Shown here piece after piece: positions 27,308 to 40,584 of a stretch of DNA of 64,000 bases. How positions within the stretch are numbered: the first letter of the stretch is position 1; each line of letters starts with the position of its first letter. The notes beneath the pieces were generated by a model that saw nothing but the letters and a program-made list of their open reading frames with translations, had not been told where the DNA came from and did no database searches. The stretch comes from Enoplolaimus lenunculus (Eukaryota). Where the stretch lies: the NCBI GenBank assembly GCA_030248215.1, contig JASANG010000273.1:558001-622000 (forward strand), read 5' to 3'. The position numbers were made by a program, and so were the translations under genes.

Positions 27308-28923
27308 GGCCAATGCTACTCTGATGGGCGTCCCGTTTGCCCGCGGGACAGCAACAGGCCAACACTCCTGCCCATATATTTGTGCTGGGACGGACGGACA
27401 GCTTTGAGCCTATGTTTTTGCAGGGTCGGGCTGGACAGCCAAGGCAGCTTTGGGCCTGTGTTTTCGCTGAGTCGTCCAAGACCGCTTCGAGCTTTTTTGG
27501 TGGGTCGGCCGGGACAGTCGGGACAGCTTCGAGCTTGTGTTCTCGGTGGGTTGGCCGGGACAAGCGGGACAGCTTCGAATATGTGTTTTCGCTGGGTCGG
27601 CTGGGACAGCTGGGACAGCTTCGAGCGTGTGTTTTCGTGGGTTGGACCGGACAGCCGGAACAGCTTCGAGCATGTGTTTTCGCTGGGTCGGCCGGGACAG
27701 CCGAGTACTGGGTCGGGCGGGACAGCCGCCGCAGCTTCGAGCGTGTGTTTTCGTTGGGTCGATCGGAAAAGCCGAGACAGCTTCGAGCCTATGTTTTTGC
27801 TGGGTCGGTCGGGACAGGCTGGACAACTTCGAGCCTATGTTTTTGCTGGATCGGGCGGGACAGCCGGCACAGCTTCGAACCTACGCTTTTGTTGGGTTGG
27901 TCTGGACAGCCGAGACAGCTTCAAACCTATGCTTTTGCTGGGTCGGTAGGGACAGCCGGGACACCTTCGACATATGTTTTTGCTTGGTAGGGCGGGACAG
28001 CCAGGACAGATTCGCGCCTGTGCTTTTGTTGGGTTGGTCACGACAGCCGGGACAGCTTCGAGTGTGTGTTTTCGTTGGGTCGGTCCGGACAGCAGGGACA
28101 ACTTTGAACCATCGCAAATTTGTTTTGAAGCATCTACTTAAATTACCTGAACGTGTGGCTAAAATTTTCCACGAGCAGGAGCTGTAGGCTGATTTTCTGC
28201 AGAAGCCTTAGGCAGTAACTACTTTGTAATTTTTTCAGGCTGAGTAAATTTGTCATTCCTGGTCGGAATGTACTATCAGTAGTATTACAATTTTTAACGC
28301 CTAGCTGTTTGAAAATGTATTTGAAACAGAATAACAGTGTTTGATACAATTTCAATATATACGTAAATTGTTTAGTGTTTGGGGGGTGGGATGGGCACAA
28401 CCCCTTTGAGAACACAATAAAGGACAACCTCCCGAGATAGAACTCTCCATCATCTACATAGACAACTTTTTAAATTACGTTCTCAGGGAGTTGCCGCCCC
28501 CTGACGCTCCCGCAACATTAAGGACACTAAGCAGAATGGGGGGCTGCCCCCCAAGCCCCATGTATTCGTGACAGCGTTCTATACATGAGCCGGGTCCACG
28601 CTGTCCCGGCTGTCCCAACCGACCCAGCAAAAAACAGATTTGGAGCTGTCCTAGCTTTCCCGATGTGTGACCTACTCAGCAAAAATATAGGCTCGAAGCT
28701 GTCCCGGCTGTCCCGACCGACCCAACAAAAGCATTGGTTCGAAGCTGTCCCGGCTGTCCCGACCGACCAAGCAAAAATACGGAGTTGAAGCCGTCCCCGC
28801 TGTCCCGACCGACCCAGAGCAAATAGGTTTGAAGCTGTCCCGACCAACCCAGCAAAAACATTTCACTTCGGGTATATTGCTGTGCCGTGGGTAAATGGGA
28901 CGCCCCTCTGAGTAACATGGGCC
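27308..28923. mobile_element. 1.6-kb element with GGCCMATG termini and inverted arrays of GGGACAGC-containing tandem repeats
   Basis: Left GGCCAATGCTACTCTGATGGGCGTCCCGTTTGCCCGCGGGACAGCAA matches the inverse of the right end, GGCCCATGTTACTCAGAGGGGCGTCCCATTTACCCACGGCACAGCAA. Units of about 45 bp (GCTGGGTCGGCCGGGACAGCCGGGACAGCTTCGAGCCTATGTTTT) occupy 27380-28110, with an inverted array at 28590-28860. No clear TSD. Confidence 0.8.
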
Positions 28924-29295
28924 AAGCCTAGTATGAATTTTAATAATTTTTCTCAGCAAATTAGCCATATATAGTTTTGGAGTAGCCAAGATGTCAGTTC
29001 GGTAGAGTATAACGTCATCTCAAACAAATTTTCCACTTGCTGGATTCAGTACCTATAGGTAAAATTTTCTCACATGAATTTTTTAATTTTTACCGTAGGC
29101 GTAATTTTTACTTGGATTCTGATACCAGTCTCGCGGGTGGGTTTCGTTTTCGATAACCAGTCTAGCTATAGGAGCTTGACGCTTGAGACCGAGGGGCTCA
29201 TTCACGCCTTGTTGAGATTTTAAGACTGCGTGCAATCTTGGACAATAAAAACAATTATTAAACTGCTCACTGTGTTTGTATACCCGTGTGCTATG

Positions 29296-29913
29296 CACAC
29301 AAAATAAATTGTCTTGAAATTTCAAGACTCCTACTTTCTTAAGTTTTCAAGACATAAATGCCTAATATATCAGACATTAATGGCCTTTGAACAGATCAGA
29401 AATTAGTTTCTGAAATGGATAAAACATAAATGACTTATATTCAACAAATTACTGTTGGCAATAAGAAATAATTTTCTTCCTTTCAAAAAACAGTTGTCTT
29501 ATATTCCAGAGTTAAATATCTGGATTTATGTATGTATAAAAGTTTTTCCGTTTGTATCCTTAAGAGTGTACATAAATAATCGAATTTCAAAGATATTTTC
29601 GGGATGAGCTCAGGCTTTCCCCCAATCTAAGTATTCGTCTTGGACGTATCTTAGGTTGTATAATTTGGGTATTTGGTTGAGCATTAACTCCTTTGTCTTG
29701 TATTTCAGAAACATTTATCTTAATCATTCCCGAAACAAAGTCTCAAATTTCAGACTTTTTGTTAACTCTCAAAAATATTTTAGACTCATATTTCGGAAAC
29801 TATTAAGAAATAAACGTCTGGAATTCAAGACATATGTCTGGAGTCTGTACTGAGACATAACTGTCGTAAATTTCAGAAAACATTTCTTGAATAGAAGACA
29901 ATTATTTTGTGTG
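29296..29913. mobile_element. MITE with CACACAAAATAA termini and many AAGACA/TGTCTT internal motifs
   Basis: CACACAAAATAAATTGTCTT ... AAGACAATTATTTTGTGTG(TA). Homologous copies at 39954-40584 and 62633-63070. Confidence 0.8.
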
Positions 29914-31386
29914 TAGAGTTGCGCTATACTTTACTGCGCCAGATACCGCCTCACGCTGTCTCACGCCGCCGTGAGCCGCCGCACGTCACCAGACACTGTT
30001 CTGCGCCACCGCACGCCGCTGGAAAAATATATTTGGGGGATTTTTTATTAAAAAATGTGCGATGCCGCGCACCAGCGTTCGGCAGCTTGCAGCGGCATCC
30101 AACGGCGTGCGGCGAGTTTAGGGCAACTCATGGTTGCTCATAATATACTTTAGGAGGGAAGGGGTTAAACGCTGTTAATACAACTGCTTTTTTCTTGTCA
30201 TCGCTTCGAATTCTCTATTTTCTTAATAGCTATTTTACGCCGGTATAGAAACTCTAAAAAACGAGACATTTTCTGCGTTTAGAATTTTTTCTATCTCGAC
30301 GACCCAGCATTCGCAAACGTCGAGTTACGCTGAGTAGAATCTATTACAAGCATCTAGCACTTTTGTACACCTCCAGTCCCGCTTTGAAAAAGTGCGTTTT
30401 AGCAAAAATTTTAACAGAAACTCTGATATAGCAATTGCAACTGCATACAGTCTTGCATTCAGCTTTCAACTCTTCACGTCGCTGTTGCATTTAGTCTTCC
30501 AGCTTAGAAAGTTTCAGAGTAGCGAGCGACTTGTAGCGACTTTGTATTTTAAGGGCAGTTTTTGTGGTTATAACTTTATTAAGAAAGAAATTTTGTTGCA
30601 AACAGGTTTTTGCTGTTAATTTGTTAACCGAAAAAGCATTTACACTTTTATTTCACAGTTTCGAATCAGCGCCCCAACCCCTCCAAACGCTGCGGGTAGG
30701 ATATCAGAGCGCGTCCCTCACAAACTATGGGATGTGACCCCTGGTGAAATATCATCTAGGGGCGCAGCAGCTCATCCAAGATGTAGCCATTGGTCAAAAT
30801 ATAAGTGTGCAAAAGGAACCACTTGAGCGAAACGAGCGATAAGCAAACTTTAATAATGGAATCTACTTCAGGAATTGCGCCGAATACGGAAAATGTTTAA
30901 AAATCACGTGCCTGATCGGTTTTGTATTTGCCGAAGGGTCCATTGTATCCCAGATCATTTCCTAAAGAATATGGGAAAGGATATAGTAGTTACGGTTCTG
31001 TTTTAAAAGTTTTATATATATTCGAAGTGATTACAAACAATGGGTAGTAAGGTTGGTTCCTGGAAAGTACTTTGTCTCAAACTGAAAAAATAACATTAAG
31101 CGTTTCTACATAAGTATAAATGCAACGCAATCCAGGGTTGTGACTGAATGGGGCGCTATACTTATCGTACAGTGCCGGCCGGTGCCAGACGGCGTTGCAA
31201 GTCAAAAAACGTTTGTTTACAACTTCATATGCTGCTCTATTCGGCAAGCGGCAATACACGTGGGTGTGGTGTACGGTGAGACGTACGGCGCCGGACGCCA
31301 TCAAATGTATAGCGCCGTACTAAGAAATATATATTACAGTTTTGAGGTTATCACTTGTCCTGAAAAGCACATATTGTTGAATGCTT

Positions 31387-31586
31387 GGCCCATGTATAGA
31401 ACAGGGCCGGAGCAGTAGTATAAGCTTATTCCTAAGCCTAAGCCTAAGCCTAAGCATATGGATGAGCCTATTCCTAAGCCTAAGCCTAAACCTAAGCCTA
31501 GGCCTAAACAAAACATTAGTCTAAAGCTTAAACTGACTTTATTATGCCCCTCCGGAAAACGATCGGCCATGTTCTATACATGGGCC
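31387..31586. mobile_element. Telomeric-repeat-carrying MITE (GCCTAA on + strand)
   Basis: TIR GGCCCATGTATAGAACAGGGCCG / CGGCCATGTTCTATACATGGGCC; internal (GCCTAA)n; 8-bp flanks GAATGCTT / GAATACTT. Confidence 0.9.
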
Positions 31587-32479
31587 GAATACTTTATATG
31601 AATGAACTATTAACAACTTATTATATTTTATATAAGCTGCCGAACTAAAAAAATACTGTCTTCTGCTTCAAAAAGCATTTTTATAGAACATTGACTATTT
31701 TTACTCAAAATAATTCAATATAACACAACGTCTTGCACCTTCGTGTCCAGAAGCGACATAATCATAACTTATTGGCAAAGTCAGTATTTCTGTTTAGGAA
31801 CGGCCGCACAAAATACGCAAGTTTTTACCTTTAGTACTCATTCAACTGCCGAAACCACATTTGTTACTCGAAATAAATGGTTTCAAAGTTTTGGATGGGG
31901 CTACGGACCGTTGGCACCCTCCCTCTGGCTACGCCGTTCTAATAAATACTGAAATTGACTTCATAGACTACGTGCGTTTATTCGATACGTTTCTATACAG
32001 GGAAAGGAAACAATACAACAGCAAAAAACACTGGCTTCGTTTGTTAAATATTACTTAGGAGTTTACGTAACAGAAACTTAAGTAAATTTAATGCTTATTT
32101 CGATGAGCGTAAGTACTTACATATATTTTCAGATGAACCAACGTTTAGCATGCCTGAATCTGTAATATAAACAATTTAGTCATCAACTTAGTGTTTCCTT
32201 TCACTACTCTGTAAACCACGGTTCGAATCATCGCTTGTCTAGAGCAGTCTGATAAAATAGAAAATATTCATGCAGGAAATAACTATAACAAAGATGTCAC
32301 ACAAATCTTACAGCAAGAACAGTAAATTAAATAAAGATCTAATTTAAAGTTGAACATCAAACCAAGTTTTTATTACCTAACTAAAACATTACCCAAAATA
32401 TTTTGTTTGCAGGCGTAGCCAATAACATTCGTTTACTATTAGTTGAAAAAATTAATTTAACTTTTTTAGATTATATATA

Positions 32480-35400
32480 ATGTCGAAATCTAAGGTAAGT
32501 ATGGATCATTAACATTAAAAATAAAACAAAGTTTTGATCCTAACTCTATGTCAATTAGTCAAAACTTTCTTTTCCTGGAATCTCCACTTTTAATATAAAC
32601 GGAAAATATCGTTATACGTAAGCGTTGGTTAAAGCTATTATCTTAATGTCATTACTGTATTGACCCGAATAAGAGTGGGAGAGTCCCCATTTTGAGCCAG
32701 AATCAATTGGAGTCTCAGAGTCCCTAAACCCTAATTAGAGTCCATAAGTGTCAATTAACCCTAATTGTAGGGAATAAATGACTCCAGGAGCAAATAATTT
32801 GATTCGAAACTTTAAAGGGTACTTAAATTTTGAAAGTACATTCCTAAGTGTAAAGTTGTATTATCGCTCAAGCTATTGATACAAGACAAATAAACGTTTA
32901 ATTCAACGGATAATTGCAGTACTGGATATATATCAGTGACGAAGGGCGGCGGAGCTTGGGTTAAAAATAAATAACAGTCCTTAACCGAATAACAAGAGGG
33001 GGATCAGTCCCCCTCTTATTCGGGTCACTACAGTATACACATGTACATCGTAGGCCGATTTGCTATTCAGGCCAATTACTTATTCACCTAAGCCAATCTA
33101 CTATTTTGTGTAATAGCAGTCTGGCCTGGGCTAATCTGCTATCGAACTGAGAGACCAATCAATTTCATTATTTGGATCGCAATACCGTTAACCTATCAGC
33201 GTTGGTGTTAGAACATTATTGCTTTGCGATATCTCTTAATCGCTATTTGACACGGACCAATCTGCTATATGCAAATCTATTTTCATTCACTTACCGTTAT
33301 ATTTAATGTCTAACAGTCTTTTTAACATAATATTACACTTGCCACTAAATACTGTTGAGGAAGGGTGGTAATAAGAGGAGGTTCACATGTTGAGACCCAA
33401 TCAATAGGAGTCCGTATCCCTAATAAGAGTCCGTAAGCGGATAGAGTCTCTAAACTCTAATTAATGTCCATAAATGTTAATTGTCCCTAAATGTTGTGCA
33501 TAAATGACCACAGGAACAAATAAAGTTGAGCTCTAATCGTTAAAGCATGCTTAAGTTTTGAATGAATATTGTAAGTATATAACCTTGCATAATTGCTTAT
33601 GTTTTTAATAGAACACAAGTAAACGTGTAACAAAACGCTGCCAAAGGTGGGTTAAAATAAATAACTGTCCGTAACCGAATAACTGGGGTGGGGTACCCTC
33701 GGAGATGCCAAATAAATATCAGCCCCACCTGTTGTTCGAGTTACTACAGTATAGCCTTTCTGGCATGGTTAGGATTGCAAATAACAACGTTTCATAATGG
33801 CGTGGCGAAGGCGTAGCGTTTCCTGCATTTCATTTATTTTTAAAGCACAATATATAAAGCTTTTTGTAAAATGTACATATCTTTTGAAAATAAGAAGTAT
33901 GTATAAATAGCTTAAAAGCGATTCTTTAAACTCTTGGCCTGGACTTACAGACCGGAAAATCAGGGGGATCGGTGTTTATTTTGCTTCTCAGGGAATACCC
34001 CTTGCTATTCCGTATAAACTGATATTTTTTATTTTACATCCCATCCTACTGTAGTAGGAACCACACCTTTTTCTTACGCCATTTGGAGCATAAACAATTC
34101 ATGGAAATGTGGCGCATCGAAAGAGCTTTTCTTGAGTTAGGTTGGAAGCCACTACTCTACTGATCTAGCAATCTGATGGACACAAGATTAAACAGAAATA
34201 AATGCATACGTATGTAATGTATGTATGGCGAGGTGTAAACCGATATTAAACGTAAGCCGAACAGAAACGAATAATAATCGGGGCGCCGCTGTAAAACTAA
34301 GTCCTCAGCCAAAGCAAATGGGAAAACTTTATTATAATGGGTCGAAATTGTTAAAAACGGTGATGGCAAAAACATTTCATTCGATAGTCCGGAACTTTAA
34401 ATGGTCAAAGATTGACCTCTCTAGAGGTTGGAGACAATTGTTGACCACTGCTAATTGTGTATTTTGTGAACGCAGCTTGCACTGAGTTAATACTCACGGT
34501 CAGTTGCGGACGCAAAAAATTTCTAATTGCAAGAAGCGTATTGCAATATATTGTTATTGTGAAACTTCTGCTATCGAAGCGAGCAAGAAGCCGAATATGC
34601 GCTTGTAAATTATATTACTTGCGTTGGTTTTGTACTTCAGGGTGTTCAGCACACTGAAGCTTGTTTTCTTCCAGTATGCTGCACATCAACGGCCTAAACT
34701 TTAGTGTTCAGCACACTGAAGCTTTTAGGTTTCGGTGCGCTGAACACTAATGTTTAGGGCGTTGATGTGCAGCATACTGGAAGAAAACAAGGTTCAAGAC
34801 TTACCGCTTGCCATGCAACTTAAGTAATCTCTAAAATTTCACCATTTTAAAATTAGTTTCACTCAATTTTAGCCAAAAGAAGGTTTGGAAGCAACTTTCG
34901 ATTTGTTCGACGATGAAGGAGACGGAAAAATTGACGCAACTCAAGTTGGAACGTTCATTCGCGCAACGGGACTCAAACCACCAGAAGGCGAAGTCAAGAA
35001 AGTTTTGGGAAAAGAATACACTAAAGGTAAGTGGGTATTTTGATTGTTTCTAATCTTGGCCAGTATTGTCAAATGTGTGTCGCACTTATATCACCATTTG
35101 GCGATCGGTCATGTAACTTTTGAACCAGTGAATGCTGCGGCTCTAAATTCCGCACATTTGTTGTATTTAATTTTTCTTACTTTTGTAGCAATTTTGAGAT
35201 ACGCAACTATAGCAGGTGATTAGTTTGAAGACCTATCGCTAACTGGGGACTGGTATGCTAAACGCATTTGAGAATATGGCCGTGCTATATAACGCTAACA
35301 TTGAAGTTTCCAAACACAGGTTTTCTATAATGTCGCTCAAGTTTCTAATGTTAGCTGTGTTAAAACAGTGATGTAGCTAATATTCCATTTTAAAACTCTT

Positions 35401-38400
35401 TAACATCATTCAAAACGTTGTTGCGAGCGATCGCATCCAGCCAGAAATTCGTTCCATTATTACGCTTAGGATTAGGCTTAGGACTACCTACGCTCAGGAT
35501 TTTGCTTAGATTTATCCATAGACGTTAGGACACTGTTGGGCGACCATCGGGCGACAAATTGTCATAACAGTAAAAGTTTCAGATAAATTACAAGTCGTTT
35601 TTGGCGAATATTTGCTTCCCGACGCCAACTTTAAGTTCTCACTGGGTTATAAACAGTTATAGTTGACTTTTTTAATGGCAATAAATTTGTTCACTTGCAA
35701 AAAAGCGTTTTGAAAGATACTGTTTTAAAAACTCGATCCGCTGATTCAGGCCAAAAACGTTTTGGATTCGCAGAAGTAAAACCAATGGTCGACTCGCTGT
35801 CGAAATTCAAAGACGCCGGCAACAAAGCTGATTTCATTGAACTTCTTAAAGTGTTTGATCAAGAAGGCAATGGGAAATTGCTTGGCGCTGAACTCAAGCA
35901 TACACTGTGTGCTTTAGGTCGGTGTGTAAAATGTATTATGTTGTAATGATTGGCGGAAAAACCGCATTTGAAAAAGCGTAAAACGGATAGAAAACGAAAA
36001 ACAAATATTTACGACTAAAAGTTTACAACATATTCTATTTTTCTGCCAATACAATTGGAATGTGCAATTATTCACCTGTCGGTGTTAGCTCCAGCCAAAC
36101 ACATCAATTGATCACTGCAAAAATGGTGACTAAAACTGACTCTCTCGGAAATAGGCTTTGCATGACTACACAAATGAGTCAAAATTCGACTCCGCTATCG
36201 TCAAATTCGATTCACTGAGTCGCATGTCTGTGTTTGGCGGAGCCGAATTTGACTCAGATTGTGTACTCCAGAAAAGCGTATTTCCGTGAGAGTCAATTTG
36301 ACTGACCATTTTTTGCAGTGAATGCAGGATGTTTAGATGGCCCCTAAAATTGAGTTTCAAATGTGATTTTATTCAAAAATACGTCTGGCTTCTCACTCGT
36401 TTCGTTTGCAAATATGTCCTCAGCTACTGCTTACAGAGTCAATCTTGGCCTCTTTAAACATTTTTGCATGTATATAAGAAATACGCATATTATGGTTTAC
36501 TGCACCCTACCACTGCTAGGGGCCTGGCGTTTGAGTCAATTACAAAGGTACTTCCGTAAAATCATATAGAGCCCCTAAACCGAATTACAGTCCATAAATG
36601 TCAATTATCACTAACTGTAGCGCATAAATGACTCCAGGACCAAATAAAATTGTGTTCGAAACTTTAAAGCATTCCTAAATTTTGAAACTAACATTGCAAA
36701 GCATAACCTTGCATTATCGCTCAATCTTTTGATGCAAAACAAAAACGTTTTATTCACTGGATATTTGCAATACCGGATATATTTCAGTAACGAAGGGTGG
36801 CGAGGACGGGTTGAAAATAAATAACAGTGCGTAACCAAACAACAGGGGGTCTTAGACGACTGTCCTCGACGGGTGCCACGCCACTAGATTAGCAACAACG
36901 CTTGCCGTTAGAAAATTTTAAAGCAATCGCAGTAGCTGATTCAAAAACGGGGGCACATGTGCCAAAGCGCCATCCGACAAATTAATGGCGGATTAAACTT
37001 TAACCCTTTCACTCATAGAGTATACTATGAGCAACTGAATACAATAATGTATGAGCAATAGACACACTGCGCGCAGTGTACTATTTGTAAAATATATGCG
37101 CAGTGCAAAATCTCCACAAGACGTGAGAGCCAACTCAGACTCGAGCGTCAAGCTCCTATAGCTCAACGGTCATCGTAAACGCCTCCCACCAGTAAGACTG
37201 GGGATCGAATCTTACCTTGAAATTACATCTGATATGAAATTGAAAATATTCATGTGAGAAAGGGTTAATTACAATTTTAGTAATTTGTAAGGTAACCGTA
37301 CTATTTTTTCACAAAATTTTCTTCTCCATATTTTGGCTAGTATGTAAAATTTTCTGATCGTGCGAAGTTATGGGTTGAGGAAAAGCCTATAATTTTTATT
37401 AATTTTAGGTGAACGAATGGATTACGACGACACAGAGAACGTAATGGCAGGTCTTGAAGATCCAGACGGAATGGTTAAAATTGAAGGTGAGTGGCCGATT
37501 AAAATTCGAATCGAATTTTAAACTCGATTTGGCTATTTTTAGACTTTACGTCTTAAAAGCTTCGTCACATACTTGTGCAACAATTCAGCAAAACTTTGCA
37601 CAATAGTTACGTGACAAAGATTTTAAGATATTTTTCTAAAAAAACCCTATAACTTCAAAACAAAAGTGACAATTTTTGCCAAACTTTAAACCAATTATAA
37701 TTAAGTCGATAAACTGAACTCTAAAGTAGATTTGTTACGATGGGCGATAACTTCTATGTGGTACAGGGGTCTGAAATGAGCGATCACTATCCGTTTATCG
37801 GGGTTCGATTCTGAGTGATGAAACCTAGTAAGTGACTGTCGTCAAAGTCCTGGTGGCTACATGTAATATTTACATTCTAACAACATGAAGCCCTATTCAC
37901 AAGTGCAAGTTTTTCAGCCAAACCTTGCAGCTGCAATTTTAATAAATGTTTGCTGCAGTAAAAACATTTTTACTACAATTTGTAATTGTGTTAAACTCAT
38001 TAACATCTACTTGTACAGATTCTGTTAGCCGCTTTATCATTTTGGACCACATTACTTTATAAGGAGCGTCCAGGTTTCTGGTGGGTCTATAAAAAAGTAG
38101 GTTTAGACTCTAGATTATATTTTTTTGTATAGACTTGGCTTAGGCTTAGGAACACATTTTTGCAGCGCTTAGGCGTAGGCATAAGCTTATGAATACGCTT
38201 AAACTACTGTTACGCCCCTAAAAGTAACATTGGCCGTCATTTTTATGATACTCTAATAAAATACGCAACGATAGGACTGAAATGGATATGGCACGTTGTG
38301 GAAATACCCGATAAACTGTAGTTGAAATTAATCAGGTTGCTTTTACCTTCAGGAATTTTGGCCCATTTTTCTATGGCCACACATTGTTGAATAGAAATAA

Positions 38401-38776
38401 CAACTCATCAAGTTTGTCTGACAGAAATAATAAGAAAGCACATATAAGCGATTGGGAGCTTAGCATAGGTATACGTAAATGCAATATGCGCGTACATATG
38501 CAAAAGATACCACAACTATCTAAATACGACTGTGCTGAGGTGAGGTCAACAAAAACATGCAGCTGCAACTTGTAACGGCAAATTTTATCAAAAGCTTTTA
38601 AAGCAAAACTATCACGTTCAAACTGCAGTTGACTGGTTGAAAACACTTGCACGTGTGAATAAGGCTTCATATTCTATCATTTTTATAGAAACATTTATAC
38701 GCACATTTTTATTTTTAATTCTAAACTTCTTTTTTCAGATTTCGCAGGACGCGCCGTTGCTGGTCCGCCACAGTAA
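32480..38776 (+). CDS. mlc-3: Essential (alkali) myosin light chain, MLC-3-like, 150 aa
   Basis: Exons 32480-32494, 34873-35026, 35750-35917, 37409-37486 and 38739-38776 total 453 nt, all GT..AG and in phase. Protein MSKSKPKEGLEATFDLFDDEGDGKIDATQVGTFIRATGLKP...[28 protein letters not shown]...EDPDGMVKIEDFAGRAVAGPPQ resembles C. elegans MLC-3 as recalled. Orthology versus paralogy is not established. Confidence 0.9.
32655..33033. mobile_element. TA-flanked MITE with CTGTAGTGACCCGAATAAGAG termini (Tc1/mariner/pogo-like target)
   Basis: TA-CTGTATTGACCCGAATAAGAG ... CTCTTATTCGGGTCACTACAG-TA. Further copies at 33352-33749, about 36550-36850 (partial) and 56963-57583. Confidence 0.85.
33352..33749. 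mobile_element. Diverged second copy of the TA-flanked MITE
   Basis: Colinear internal similarity to 32655-33033; ends GTTCGAGTTACTACAG-TA. Confidence 0.7.
34655..34796. repeat. Near-perfect palindrome (about 63-bp arms, short loop) in intron 1 of the light-chain gene
   Basis: CTTGTTTTCTTCCAGTATGCTGCACATCAACG... pairs with ...CGTTGATGTGCAGCATACTGGAAGAAAACAAG; about 5 differences between the arms. Confidence 0.9.
36113..36320. mobile_element. Palindromic MITE with CACTG termini (CACTA/CMC-like)
   Basis: CACTGCAAAAATGG ... CCATTTTTTGCAGTG, with imperfect inverted arms of about 85 bp. Confidence 0.65.
37004..37264. mobile_element. piggyBac-type MITE
   Basis: TTAA-CCCTTTCACTCAT ... ATGTGAGAAAGGG-TTAA (TTAA target, CCC terminus). 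Related inverted partial copy at about 29066-29280. Confidence 0.8.
38044..38235. mobile_element. Telomeric-repeat-carrying MITE, second subfamily (GGCCMATGTTACTTT termini)
   Basis: GGACCACATTACTTT ... AAAGTAACATTGGCC; degenerate TTAGGC inside; flanks ATCATTTT / GTCATTTT. Confidence 0.75.
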
Positions 38777-38957
38777 AATTCGATAAAGCATAAATCCTGT
38801 TGAAATATTGATACACATGATCCGAAACTTTTATATATTTACTGGCTGGGTTGCAGAAATTTGACTTTTGTATATAATTGTAACAAACGTTGAACTAACT
38901 TAGTTTTGTGAGTTTTTAAAATTATTAAAAAATATAGCAGAGCTAAAAATCAAGTGC

Positions 38958-38963
38958 AATAAA
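38958..38963 (+). promoter_or_regulatory. Probable polyadenylation signal of the light-chain gene
   Basis: AATAAA about 180 nt after the stop codon, following an AT-rich UTR. Confidence 0.5.
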
Positions 38964-39953
38964 CAATTTTACATACCAAGATCGCTCCATGTTTTACCTA
39001 CTTTTAGGGCGTTCCGTTTTCTGGTCGGAGTGCAAAAAAGATGTTGAGAGGTTTATATCTTTTTCAACGCTTTGTTCTTAGGCTTAGGCTTAGGCTTAAG
39101 CAAAAGTTATTTACTACCGTTGGGACGGTAAAAGTTCTGCAATCCAGCCGTTGTATGAAAACTGCCGGAAATTTTTGACATTACCAGAATAACGAATAAA
39201 CGGACTTCACACAGATAATTTAGGTACTTCAATGCTTTACTGCCAGAGGCGCAGCACCCAAAGATGGGGAAGCACAGAGCGAACACCCGCTGTGGCAAAC
39301 TTTTAACTGAAATTTGGCCAGAAATAATAATGATTAAGTTCGGTATTGTTCGTATTCAACTGCCGTGCTGCGCCTGTGTATATTTTTTTACACACAAAAA
39401 TGCAAATAAACTAGACATTTTGCAACTTTTTCAAATATGAAAATAAAATCTGGATATTTTCAAATTCCGGGTTTTCAATTTAGCCCATCTTCTGAAGGGT
39501 TCTCGAACATAGTTGTAAGACTACGCCTTCGGTTAGGCTTGCTCTGAGGTATATGTTTACATTCGAGCCGAATAGATTTAGAATTTTAACGTTTACTATT
39601 TGAGATATTTTCTATGCTTGGCTCAGCAATTTTATATTTATCAAATAGGTATCATCATATTGCATCCTTCAATAAGAGGTTTCAGGTGCTAGTAAACAAT
39701 GGATTAGATTGATATACAAATTTTATAAAAGCACATTGCCTTGTACAATCCACCCAGCGATCTTAAGTAAATTTGCAAAAAACCACAAAAACATGTGGCA
39801 GAAATATTGTGGCTAGCACACCTTTCCCCACATTTAAAGTTAGTTAAATGTTAGGTTCAGGCTTAGGCAAACCTTTTCCTAAACCTAGACCTAAGCCTGA
39901 GCTGAAGGCTAACGCTTGTGGAATGGGGTGTACAAGAGTCTAAAATTGTGTTA

Positions 39954-40584
39954 CACACAAAATAAATTGTCTTGAAATGTCAAGACTAAATACTTTCTTA
40001 AATTTTCAAGACGTTAATGTAGAAATTACTATTTACAATATATAAGAGATAAATTTCTTCCTTTCAAGAAATAGTTGTCTTATATTCAAGACTAATTTTC
40101 TAGTTTTAATGTATGTAAAAAAGTTGCTCCGTTTATATTCTTAGAAGAGTATATAAATAATCGAATTTTAAAGATATTGCGTGTTGAGCTACAGCTCCCC
40201 CAACCTAAGTATACGTCTTAGATGTATGTTAGGTTGTAAAATTAGCGAATTTGGTTGACATTGGCTCTCAACTTTGAATGCGACTTCTCCGATAAATCTT
40301 GTTTCCAAGACATATATGTCTTAAATATCACAAAAACAAGTCTTTTATTCCAGACATAATTATATTTAAGACATATTTGTCTTGCATTTCGGAAAGATTT
40401 GTCTTAATTTGTGAAACACTCTTAAATTGACGACATTTATGTTTTCAAAATTTCAGACAGATTTCTGAAAAATTTCAGCAACTAATGTCTTGCATTCAAG
40501 ACATATATATCTGGAGTGTAGATTAAGACATAATTGTCTTAAATTTAAGAAAATATTTCTTGAATATCAAGAAATGTTTTTGTG
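39954..40584. mobile_element. MITE of the CACACAAAATAA family
   Basis: TA-CACACAAAATAAATTGTCTTG ... TTTTTGTG-TA; colinear with 29296-29913. Confidence 0.8.

Noticed and set aside
27171..28989. Cluster of overlapping repetitive ORFs, superficially CRISPR-like
   Set aside because: Stop-poor tandem repeat that is open in many frames; units are contiguous with no unique spacers and there are no cas genes.
31320..31570. LRLRLR / GLGLGL ORFs here and at 49554-49967 and 59480-59689
   Set aside because: Translations of TTAGGC repeats inside MITEs.
37740..37860. tRNA or SINE head (B-box-like GGTTCGATTC at 37802)
   Set aside because: No convincing A box or cloverleaf and no second copy in the window.
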